DNA of 64,000 nucleotides, taken from assembly GCA_963834015.1 (NCBI GenBank), contig CAWIAG010000004.1, positions 1,749,926-1,813,925 of the forward strand. Reading direction: 5' to 3'. The position numbers and the translations under genes are program-made. The notes beneath the pieces are model-generated. The model saw nothing but the letters and a program-made list of their open reading frames with translations, had not been told where the DNA came from and made no database searches. This DNA is from an uncultured Ignavibacteriales bacterium (lineage in GTDB: Bacteria > Bacteroidota > Ignavibacteria > Ignavibacteriales > Ignavibacteriaceae). Shown piece by piece: positions 8,946-17,429 of the stretch; the first letter of the stretch is position 1, and every line of letters begins with the position of its first letter.

Positions 8946-9343
8946 AACAACCCGTAAAAAAGATTGATGTAAATAAATATTTGGATTTTATAAAAGTTTC
9001 CGATGACTTTTCAAACGGAAGTGAATCTGCATATACATTCGAATACTATAATGCCGCCGGAGTTTTAGTAATTCATGCTGCAATTGCGCTTGCTGATGCT
9101 GTTACAATCAAACTATCCGGCAAAAAATGCAGCGGTGAAAGTCATTATGATATTATAGACTTATTAAGACTTGTCACTCCACCATCGCAGAATAAAAATA
9201 AATCATTAGATCAGTTCAAAAAATTGATTGATCATAAAAATAAAGTTTCATACTATGGTGATATCTATTTTAAGAAAGATGTAGATAAATTATTAAATCA
9301 TTTCAAAAGGTTTAAATCCTGGGCCGGTATGTTGCTAATGTAA
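8942..9343 (+). CDS. HEPN-domain protein (HepT-like partner of the upstream nucleotidyltransferase)
   Basis: 133-aa all-helical small protein, translationally coupled to the MNT gene. An Rx4-6H-like region, LIDHKNKVSYY, sits near the C-terminus, but Arg is replaced by His. Confidence 0.6.
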   Translation: MKQPVKKIDVNKYLDFIKVSDDFSNGSESAYTFEYYNAAGVLVIHAAIALADAVTIKLSGKKCSGESHYDIIDLLRLVTPPSQNKNKSLDQFKKLIDHKNKVSYYGDIYFKKDVDKLLNHFKRFKSWAGMLLM

Positions 9344-9444
9344 AATACTATCTTTAATTGCATTAAGTTCTAAAAGAGATATTGACTTGATTTTACTATA
9401 ATTTAAACCGGCAGGTTTGTAAGAAAGGCATGAGCTTATTTTAA

Positions 9445-9495
9445 GCGTAAAGACATCCTGTTTGTCCCGCTTGTCCCGCCAAGGCGGTGGTCCGA
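9445..9495. repeat. Module B copy (inverted): GCGTAAAGACATCCTG...GGCGGTGGTCCG, with the insert containing CTTATCGGGA
   Basis: The RC reads ...CGGACCACCGCC...CAGGATGTCTTTACGC. An A-like GAATCACGAATTTTT sits immediately 3' (9519-9535). Confidence 0.5.
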
Positions 9496-9530
9496 TTCCT
9501 TATCGGGAGGGTTAGGCGAATCACGAATTT

Positions 9531-9566
9531 TTTTCCCCTCTCTTTATTAGGAGAGAGGGTGATTTT
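9531..9566. terminator. Probable bidirectional intrinsic terminator between the convergent HEPN (+) and MBL (-) genes
   Basis: TTTT-CCCTCTC-tttattagga-GAGAGGG-TGATTTT: a 7-bp G/C-containing stem flanked by T-runs on the + strand. Confidence 0.45.
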
Positions 9567-9598
9567 GTATCGTCATGAAACAATAAATGTGTGAATGA

Positions 9599-10267
9599 TT
9601 AATTCAAAAGCTCCATGGGAAATGGTTTGCCATGTCCAGGGTACACCATATTTATTTTTAGCTCGTGAAGTTTTTCTAAACTTTTTGTCAGTTCATCATG
9701 ATCCTGAATTATATTTGCCGATTCCGGTTTTTTGTTATTAACAAGTGTATCTCCTGAAAACAAATCGCCCGCGCCGGTTAATATGCCGATTGAGCCTTTT
9801 GTGTGTCCGGGTAAATGTATAACTTTTGCATTGAACCCATATTCCTGCAGGCTCTGGCCGTCATGCAGATAGATATCCGGTGTAAACTGATCCGTATTTA
9901 TTTTTTTCTTCTTTAATTTTCTTAAAAAAATAATAATTGCAAACATGATTTTTCTTGAAAGGTGTTTTACTTTTCTTTTTCCGGGAGAGCCTGATTGTAT
10001 GATTGAATAATCATCTTTGTGCATTGCTATAACGGCATTATATTTTTCCTTAAGTTTTTTACAATTGCCGGAATGATCCCTGTCCCCGTGTGTTAAAATT
10101 ACCAGTTTTAATTTGCCGGGAAGGCAGCCGTTGGAAATTAATTCTTTTTCCAATTTTCCCCATTGCATGGGTAATCCGGTATCTATTAAAATAAAGCCCG
10201 TGCCCAGCTTAAAAAGATAAGCGTTTACAAAGGAGAGTGGAATGGTTTTTATATTTTCGTCAATCAT
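9599..10267 (-). CDS. MBL-fold metallo-hydrolase
   Basis: H-x-H-x-D-H motif in LTHGDRDHSG, later His/Asp ligands (HLPGHT), length 222 aa. Confidence 0.85.
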   Translation of the reverse strand: MIDENIKTIPLSFVNAYLFKLGTGFILIDTGLPMQWGKLEKELISNGCLPGKLKLVILTHGDRDHSGNCKKLKEKYNAVIAMHKDDYSIIQSGSPGKRKVKHLSRKIMFAIIIFLRKLKKKKINTDQFTPDIYLHDGQSLQEYGFNAKVIHLPGHTKGSIGILTGAGDLFSGDTLVNNKKPESANIIQDHDELTKSLEKLHELKINMVYPGHGKPFPMELLN

Positions 10268-10290
10268 ATTTTTATCCTCGGCTTTTATGA

Positions 10291-13050
10291 TTAATTATTT
10301 ATAACGAAGTTATATTTGCCGGATCCGATGTGCAATATAATTTTTCCGCCGGCTGACTGCACCATCTGTATTTCTTTTATCTGCTCTACAGGTTTGCCGC
10401 TTTCAAAGATATTGTCTTTTGAACCTGCCGGCATGAAAACATCCGCCGTGGTGTTGGGCGGAACCTGGATGTTAAGCTGTGTTGAATTATTATCAACTGT
10501 CCAGCCGGATGAAATCATCCCGTATATGGAGTGATATTCTGCTTTGGCATATTTTAACTGTTTTGTTATGTGCGGATCTATAATAATGTTTTTGTAACCG
10601 GGGCTGCCGCTGTCTATATCTATTCCGGCAACACAACTGTAAAGCCATTTGCCGACAGCTCCGTATGCGTAATGATTAAATGAATTCATGCCGTCACTCT
10701 GAAAAGACCCGTTTCTTTTTATTCCGTCCCAGCGTTCCCAAATTGTGGTGGCGCCTTTTGTTACGGGATAAAGCCATGAAGGATATTCTTTTCTGAAGAG
10801 AAGCATATATGCTAAATCCGTGTAACCGTTATCTGTAAGTACCCGGCTGATCCTTGAAGCGCCGAGGAACCCTGTTGTAAGATGCCCGAAATTATTAACA
10901 TCATCCGCCAGGCGTTTAGCCGCCGGTGCAATCATGTCCGCAGGAATAATATTGAAATCCAGAGCCAGTGCATAAGCGGTCTGCGTGTTGGATGCAAGTC
11001 TTCCGTTCTGAGTTATAAATTCTTTTTGAAAGGCTTCTTTAATATTTTTCATTAACGCGGTGAATTCTTGTGCATCCTGTTCATTGCCGAGTATTGAAGC
11101 AATTTTCTGCATAAGGTCTGCGGCATGATAAAAGTATGCAGTGCCTATCAGGTCCTTATCGGTTGTTGCTCCCGGATAGTCTGACCTGTCGGTTGCAAAC
11201 GCAAGCCAATCGCCGAAGCCGACATTTTTATTCCATAAGTAGGAATCGCCGGCAATTTTCTTTATGTAATTAAGCCAGCCTTTCATACAACTGTATTGGG
11301 TTTGAAGTATCCGGGTATCGCCGTAGTTTTGATAGACCGTCCATGGTACGATAATGGCAGCATCGGCCCAGCCTGCTGCACCTCCGCCGTCATTGCCCAG
11401 GATATTTGGAATTACGTGCGGTATCCTGCCGTCTTCAAGCTGATCCGCAGTAAAGTCTTTCATCCACTTGGTGTAGAAAGATGCGGCATCCATATTAAAA
11501 CATGCGGTTGGTGAGAAGACTTCTGCGTCTCCCGTCCATCCTAATCTTTCATCTCGCTGGGGGCAGTCGGTTGGCACATCTACAAAGTTGCCTCTTAATC
11601 CCCACTGGATATTTTTTTGAAGCCGGTTAATTAATGAATCGGAGCACTCAAAATTGCCGGATGGGGTCATATCCGAATGAATCACCATACCGGTTATATC
11701 ATTTAGAGAAATATCGCCGGGATAATTTGTTACAGCCACGTACCTGAAACCCTGGAATGTAAAATGCGGTTGAAATACTTCTGCACCGCTGCCTTTAAAA
11801 GTATATTCAACATTTTGTTTTGCTTTGCGGAGATTTGCCGTATAAATGTTTCCTTCTTTATTCAGTACCTCTGCATGCCGCAGGGTTATTTTATCGCCGG
11901 CATTGCCTTTTAATTTAAATTGAATCCAGCCTACCATATTTTGCCCCATGTCGAAAACCAAATCGCCGTTGGGTGTCTTAAATTCTTTAGCGGGCTTTAT
12001 TGTTTGTGTTATTCTAACGGCAGGCCCTTCGGTTGCTGTAAGAATATCTTTATTGTAATCTTTAACAGTTGTGCCGCTCCAGCCGCTGTCGTCATAGCCA
12101 GGCTTATCCCAGCCGTCTTTTTCCAGCCGTGCATCATAAGTTTCACCGTCATAAATTTCCGACATTAATATCGGGCCGGTGGATGATTTCCATTCCGGGC
12201 CGGATTTAATTATTTCCGATGTCCCGTCCGTATAAGTGATATTGATTTGAAGAAGGAGGCCGGTTTTATCTCCAAAATTATTTGCCTTATAATCCCATGT
12301 TAAAGGTCCTTTGTACCAGCCGTCGCCGAGGATTACGCCGAATGCGTTTTTACCTGACTGGATATTCCGCGTTACATCGTAAACCTGGTATTGAAGGCGT
12401 TTGTTATAGCTGGTCCAGCCGGGAGTGAAAAACCTGTTGCCGATTTTTTCACCGTTGATATGAAACTCATAAAGGCCATGGCATGTTACATAGGCTCTTG
12501 CAGATTTAACGGATTTATGGATTTCAATTTCATCCCTGAGCATAGGGCAGGGGCTGTAATTATTATCGTTTAGTTTCAACTGAGGCTCAATCCATTCAGC
12601 CTGCCAGTCAGATGATTGTAGCAGACCCATTTCCCAGAATGAAACTTCGCTCCATCCGGATTCGTCACCTTCGTTATCCAGGATTTTAACCTGCCAGAAT
12701 ACACGCTGCGCGGATTGCAAAGCGGCGCCGTTATATACAATCTGGTTGGACTGGCCGGAAATAATTTTACCGCTGTCCCATAAAAGATTTTTACCGCTTA
12801 ATAAATCTTTTTCAGACAGTGATGCGCGTACCATGTAAGCGCTCTGCATAATGTTCCTTTTAGAGGAAACAATTTCCCAGCTAAGCCGGGGCTGTTTATC
12901 GCCGATGCCGACGGGATTGAAGATGTAATCCGTCCTGAGATCGGTCACTTTTAATAAGTCAGATGCCATAACAGGATGAAAAAATAGTATAATTTGTAAT
13001 AAAACAAATAATAAAAAGCTGCGGCAGGTATTCCGCGGGAGTAGTCCTGT
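10291..13050 (-). CDS. Glycoside hydrolase family 78 alpha-L-rhamnosidase, secreted (tool ORF to 13161; likely start at the Met preceding signal peptide MTGLLPRNTCRSFLLFVLLQIILFFHPVMA)
   Basis: The GH78 hallmark block GLYEFHINGEKIGNRFFTPGWTSYNKRLQYQVYDVT, plus a C-terminal six-hairpin-like region. About 920 aa. Confidence 0.85.
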   Translation of the reverse strand, partial: TGLLPRNTCRSFLLFVLLQIILFFHPVMASDLLKVTDLRTDYIFNPVGIGDKQPRLSWEIVSSKRNIMQSAYMVRASLSEKDLLSGKNLLWDSGKIISGQSNQIVYNGAALQSAQRVFWQVKILDNEGDESGWSEVSFWEMGLLQSSDWQAEWIEPQLKLNDNNYSPCPMLRDEIEIHKSVKSARAYVTCHGLYEFHINGEKIGNRFFTPGWTSYNKRLQYQVYDVTRNIQSGKNAFGVILGDGWYKGPLTWDYKANNFGDKTGLLLQINITYTDGTSEIIKSGPEWKSSTGPILMSEIYDGETYDARLEKDGWDKPGYDDSGWSGTTVKDYNKDILTATEGPAVRITQTIKPAKEFKTPNGDLVFDMGQNMVGWIQFKLKGNAGDKITLRHAEVLNKEGNIYTANLRKAKQNVEYTFKGSGAEVFQPHFTFQGFRYVAVTNYPGDISLNDITGMVIHSDMTPSGNFECSDSLINRLQKNIQWGLRGNFVDVPTDCPQRDERLGWTGDAEVFSPTACFNMDAASFYTKWMKDFTADQLEDGRIPHVIPNILGNDGGGAAGWADAAIIVPWTVYQNYGDTRILQTQYSCMKGWLNYIKKIAGDSYLWNKNVGFGDWLAFATDRSDYPGATTDKDLIGTAYFYHAADLMQKIASILGNEQDAQEFTALMKNIKEAFQKEFITQNGRLASNTQTAYALALDFNIIPADMIAPAAKRLADDVNNFGHLTTGFLGASRISRVLTDNGYTDLAYMLLFRKEYPSWLYPVTKGATTIWERWDGIKRNGSFQSDGMNSFNHYAYGAVGKWLYSCVAGIDIDSGSPGYKNIIIDPHITKQLKYAKAEYHSIYGMISSGWTVDNNSTQLNIQVPPNTTADVFMPAGSKDNIFESGKPVEQIKEIQMVQSAGGKIILHIGSGKYNFVINN

Positions 13051-13452
13051 CATCTGTATCATGTTGTTGTTCCATTCGTATTTTAAAAATAATTGTTTGC
13101 ATAGAAATACAGTTAAGGTAATATAATTTTTTACGTTCCAGATAATGTTGTAAAACTTCATATTAAAAATAAGCAGTAATTTATTAATTATATTGGCTTC
13201 AGTCGCATGGGCGGAACTATGAAATATCTCTCTGCCAATAATAAGGAATTTTTATTAGCTTTGTATGAGGCTTTGACCAGTTAAGGCAGGTAAAAAAAAA
13301 TAGATTACTATAATACGGTTAGCTTTATTGCATTTAAGCCTGATAAGAGTGAAACATTAAATTAGCGAAGCCTGCCCGTCTGCAGGCAGATGGTTTTCGA
13401 CTTACAAGATAATAATATTAATAATAATTGAATTTAATCCTGGAGATTAAAT

Positions 13453-15363
13453 ATGAATATTGCGCTTAAGAATATTCAGAATATAATTGAGAAAATTAAA
13501 GACGTTAATATTATTTTATACGGAGATTTTTGTCTTGATGCATACTGGGTGCTTGACCCGCGCGGTTCGGAAATTTCCGTTGAAACGGGACTTAAAGCTC
13601 TGGCTGCGGGCAATCAAAAGTATTCACTGGGCGGAGCTTCCAATGTGGCTGCCAATCTTGCAGCGCTAAAACCAAAGCAGGTTAAAATATTCGGAGTGGC
13701 AGGAAGCGATATCTTCGGCCAGGAAATGATAAGGCAGCTTAAGTTTACCGGAATTGATACCGGCGGACTGGTTATTCAGGAAGGAAATTTTGAGACCTAT
13801 ACATTTTCTAAATTAATTCTTGAAGGTAATGAACAGCCCAGGATTGATTTCGGGACGTATAATAAAAGAACTAAAGCTACAGATGATACTATTTTAATAA
13901 ATATCCGCAGCAATATAAAAAGCTCTGATGTAATTGTTATTAACCAGCAGGTTCCTGGCAGCATAACAAACCATGAATTTATTGACGGCTTAAACGAAAT
14001 TGTTAATGATTTTCCCGATAAGATATTCATAGTAGACTCCAGGCATTATTCTGCGGAATTTAAAAATGTATGCATGAAAACCAATGAAATAGAAGCAGCC
14101 ATACTTAACGGCATAAATGCAGAACCTGGAGATATCTTTAATGTAAATGATGTTAAGAAATTTGCGCAAGGTTTGTATGAAAAACATAACAGGCCGTCAT
14201 TCATAAGCCGGGGTAAATACGGTATTATTGCCTGCGATGCAGAAGGAATTCATGAAGTGCCTGGTTTACAATTCATAAAAAAGCTGGATACCGTAGGCGC
14301 GGGTGATACGGCATTAAGTGCTATATCATGTGCGCTTGCTGCAAAAATAAACACGTACGGCGCTATAGAATTTGCAAATTTTGCCGCAGGAGTAACAGTG
14401 CAAAAATTATTTCAAACAGGTACGGCAAGCCCTGAAGAAATATTATCGCTTAGTTCCGATCCTAATTATATATATCAGCCGGAACTGGCTGCGGATATCA
14501 GGTCGGCAAAATATTGGAAAAATTCTGAGATTGAATTATGCGGCAGCAGCCCGGATTTTTTTGAGAAGGGTAAAATTAAACATGCTGTTTTCGACCATGA
14601 CGGTACAATAAGTGTACTGCGTGAAGGATGGGAGCATGTTATGGGGCCAATGATGATAAAAGCTATTCTGGGTGAAAAATATAATAATGCGGATGAATAT
14701 TTGTATAACAAGGTTGTAAACCGGGTGAGGGATTATATTGATAAATCAACCGGGATACAAACAGTGCAGCAAATGGAGGGATTAATTGAACTGATCCGGG
14801 AATTTAATATAGTCCCGAAAGATAAAATCCTGGATAAATTCGGCTATAAAGAAATTTTTAACTATGCATTAATGGAAATGGTGAACAGGCGTGTAGATAA
14901 ATTAAATATGAAAGAACTGGACATCATGGATTTTGCAGTTAAAGGGGCAATTGAATTTTTAAATTACCTGTCGGCAAAAGGAATAAAGCTTTACCTGGCA
15001 AGCGGTACCGATAATGATGATGTAATCAGGGAAGCTAAAGCAATGGGTTATGCCCATTTATTTAACGGCGGAATATACGGAGCTATAGGAGATATAAGTA
15101 GGTATTCGAAAAAAATGGTAATGGAAAAAATAATTAAAGATAATAACCTTCAGGGAACCGAGCTTGTAACTTTTGGAGACGGCCCTGTAGAAATGCGTGA
15201 ATGCAGAAAAGTCGGCGGTATTGCAGTTGGTATAGCAAGCGATGAAATCAGGAGGTATGGTCTAAATGCAGAGAAACGCACCAGGTTAATTAAAGCCGGG
15301 GCCCAGATATTAATCCCGGATTATTCGCAAAGGAAGTATTTACAGGAAATATTATTTGATTGA
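13453..15363 (+). CDS. Bifunctional PfkB/ribokinase-like sugar kinase (HldE/RfaE domain-I-like) fused to a HAD-superfamily phosphatase domain
   Basis: The N-terminal half (ILYGDFCLDAYW...GGASNVAANLAALKP...DTVGAGDT) resembles heptose-7-P kinase. The C-terminal half has the HAD motifs FDHDGTIS (motif I), LASGTDND and GDGPVEMRE (motif IV). RBS GGAGA lies upstream. Confidence 0.8.
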   Translation: MNIALKNIQNIIEKIKDVNIILYGDFCLDAYWVLDPRGSEISVETGLKALAAGNQKYSLGGASNVAANLAALKPKQVKIFGVAGSDIFGQEMIRQLKFTGIDTGGLVIQEGNFETYTFSKLILEGNEQPRIDFGTYNKRTKATDDTILINIRSNIKSSDVIVINQQVPGSITNHEFIDGLNEIVNDFPDKIFIVDSRHYSAEFKNVCMKTNEIEAAILNGINAEPGDIFNVNDVKKFAQGLYEKHNRPSFISRGKYGIIACDAEGIHEVPGLQFIKKLDTVGAGDTALSAISCALAAKINTYGAIEFANFAAGVTVQKLFQTGTASPEEILSLSSDPNYIYQPELAADIRSAKYWKNSEIELCGSSPDFFEKGKIKHAVFDHDGTISVLREGWEHVMGPMMIKAILGEKYNNADEYLYNKVVNRVRDYIDKSTGIQTVQQMEGLIELIREFNIVPKDKILDKFGYKEIFNYALMEMVNRRVDKLNMKELDIMDFAVKGAIEFLNYLSAKGIKLYLASGTDNDDVIREAKAMGYAHLFNGGIYGAIGDISRYSKKMVMEKIIKDNNLQGTELVTFGDGPVEMRECRKVGGIAVGIASDEIRRYGLNAEKRTRLIKAGAQILIPDYSQRKYLQEILFD

Positions 15364-15562
15364 AAATATCAGGATTTTATGTAATATAAACAATTGCGCA
15401 GGAATTATTATATAAGCCGCAATAAATTTTGTTATTCAATTTCGGCAGCTATGCGTATCTGTCTTTTATTCAAAGTATATTACTTTTAATCCTGTTTACG
15501 GAAGGTAAACTGATCCTCCGGAGGCGGACAAGTGAAAGAGTTAAGGGCAAATTTATTAGTAT

Positions 15563-15602
15563 CATTAACAACGCGATTAATCGTGGAGTTAATGATGAAG
15601 CA
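15563..15602. repeat. REP-like 40-bp palindromic element TCATTAACAACGCGATTAATCGTGGAGTTAATGATGAAGCAC
   Basis: Nested inverted repeats (TCATTAAC...GTTAATGA around CGATTAATCG). A near-identical copy lies at 41637-41678. Confidence 0.55.
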
Positions 15603-15830
15603 CCTTATAGTCTTCAACCGTTTTAAGGGTTTACGGTACACTTATAAGAAGTAAGGCAAAACAAATTATTGAATATTTGTGAATGAATTTTAACACAAAT
15701 TCTAAAAGTAGAGCTACTAAAACCATGACTGAAGAGTCAAACATTTAAAGCGCCGGGCAGATTGTAGATAAATATGAAATTTAAAATGTTTTATTTGTTA
15801 TATTCAGGAAAATATTTCTTTTATTAAATA

Positions 15831-17243
15831 ATGGATAACCAAATGGATACAAGACGAGAATTTATTAAAAAAATCGGGTTGAGCACTGCGGCTATAGCAG
15901 TAGGCACATCTTTATTAGACGGCCAGCAAGCTAAGATAAATCCTAAGACAAAGCCTGTTGTAACGGACGCTATGCATTACAACCGTATTATCGGTGCGAA
16001 TGACCGCGTTCATGTTGGTGTTGTAGGTTTTTCACATCGTTTTGAAGACACTCTTAGTCTGGCATTCAAAGCAAATGCTAAAGATATGAATATGGAATTT
16101 ACCGCTGTCTCCGATATATGGAACCAAAGAAGAGATGCCGGTATTTATTATCTGAACGGATTAACGGGAAATAAAATTACCGGGTACAGAAACAATGAAG
16201 AATTATATGAGAAATCAAAGGTTGATGCTGTTATTATCAGTACGGCTGATTTTCAGCATGCTTATCATGCCACGGAAGCCGTAAGGGCAGGGCGCGATGC
16301 TTATGTAGAAAAACCTTTAGCGGAATCGATGGCGGATAATAAAATGGTGCTTAATGCGGTAAAGGAGACAAAGAAAATAGTTCAGATAGGTTCCCAGAGG
16401 CGGAGCGCAAAAAATTATCAGACTGCGGCGGAATATATTAAGTCAGGCAAATTCGGCTTTATAAAGTTTGTTGAAATGACATGGAATGTAAACCAGCCGG
16501 ACCGCTGGCGTTTACCAGATGTAGTGGCTAAGTTAAAAGAGAGCGATACAGACTGGCAAAGATTTTTAGTTAACAGGGAAAGAATACCGTTTAATCCCCG
16601 TATTTATTGCGAGTACCGTTTATTCTGGCCTTATTCTTCGGGTATACCGGGGCAATGGATGTGCCATCAGATAGATACGGTGCATTGGTTTACAGGATTT
16701 AAACATCCTTTGAGTGTTGTTGCGGGCGGAGGAATTTATATGTGGAACGACGGCAGGAAAAACGCCGATACATTAACGGCTATATTGGAGTACGGCCCTG
16801 CCAATGATAAAGACACAACAAAGAGATTTCAGGTTAATTATACTTCAAGGTTTTCAAATTCGGCGGGTGATGTAAAGGAAATATATTACTCCAATGGTGG
16901 AGAGTTAAACCTTGATACAAACAAAGTGACTCCACATGGCGGTTTAACTAAAGAGCATGCTGAAAAATACCCGCAGTTCGGGCTTCATGAAAACCTTCTG
17001 CCTGAATTTGAACTTGCGGATAATAAGATAAAAAGCGTTACGGATGCAAATGCAGGAGCAGACCTGATGACGATTGCACACATGAGGAACTGGATGGAAT
17101 GTATTAGAAGCCGTCAACAACCGCATGCGCCAATTGAAGCAGGGTATAATCATTCAGTTGCAAGCATGATGGTAACAGAATCGTTACACAGAGGCAGAAA
17201 AGTTATTTTTGACGAAGGTAAACAGGAAATTGTAAATGCATGA
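15831..17243 (+). CDS. TAT-exported Gfo/Idh/MocA family dehydrogenase (periplasmic glycoside/sugar 3-dehydrogenase-like)
   Basis: Twin-arginine signal MDTRREFIKKIGLSTAAIAVGTSLL; a Rossmann GVVGF segment; length 470 aa. Confidence 0.85.
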   Translation: MDNQMDTRREFIKKIGLSTAAIAVGTSLLDGQQAKINPKTKPVVTDAMHYNRIIGANDRVHVGVVGFSHRFEDTLSLAFKANAKDMNMEFTAVSDIWNQRRDAGIYYLNGLTGNKITGYRNNEELYEKSKVDAVIISTADFQHAYHATEAVRAGRDAYVEKPLAESMADNKMVLNAVKETKKIVQIGSQRRSAKNYQTAAEYIKSGKFGFIKFVEMTWNVNQPDRWRLPDVVAKLKESDTDWQRFLVNRERIPFNPRIYCEYRLFWPYSSGIPGQWMCHQIDTVHWFTGFKHPLSVVAGGGIYMWNDGRKNADTLTAILEYGPANDKDTTKRFQVNYTSRFSNSAGDVKEIYYSNGGELNLDTNKVTPHGGLTKEHAEKYPQFGLHENLLPEFELADNKIKSVTDANAGADLMTIAHMRNWMECIRSRQQPHAPIEAGYNHSVASMMVTESLHRGRKVIFDEGKQEIVNA

Positions 17244-17249
17244 GTTCTT

Positions 17250-17296
17250 ACGAGACGGGATCGCATAGGGATAAACTATGCCCTGTCTTGTAAAAG
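17250..17296. repeat. Module B-like copy ACGAGACGGGATCGCATAGGGATAAACTATGCCCTGTCTTGTAAAAGG
   Basis: Same AGACGGG...CCCTGTCTT arms with a central insert, located right after the dehydrogenase stop. Confidence 0.5.
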
Positions 17297-17429
17297 GAAT
17301 GTATCTGATAGTATGCTTAAAGTTAATTATAATTCTGTTTTGCTATTGGAAGCGGTTTTAATGCAGTATTCCCGTCTTGTAATAAAGAAGTGTTTTTATT
17401 TATTTAATATTAATTACTAAATAATAATT

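Noticed and set aside
10316-12573. Several 60-80-aa + strand ORFs inside the GH78 gene (10316..10534, 11296..11514, 11920..12168, 12391..12573)
   Set aside because: Antisense to a 920-aa gene with strong family signatures, with no independent support.
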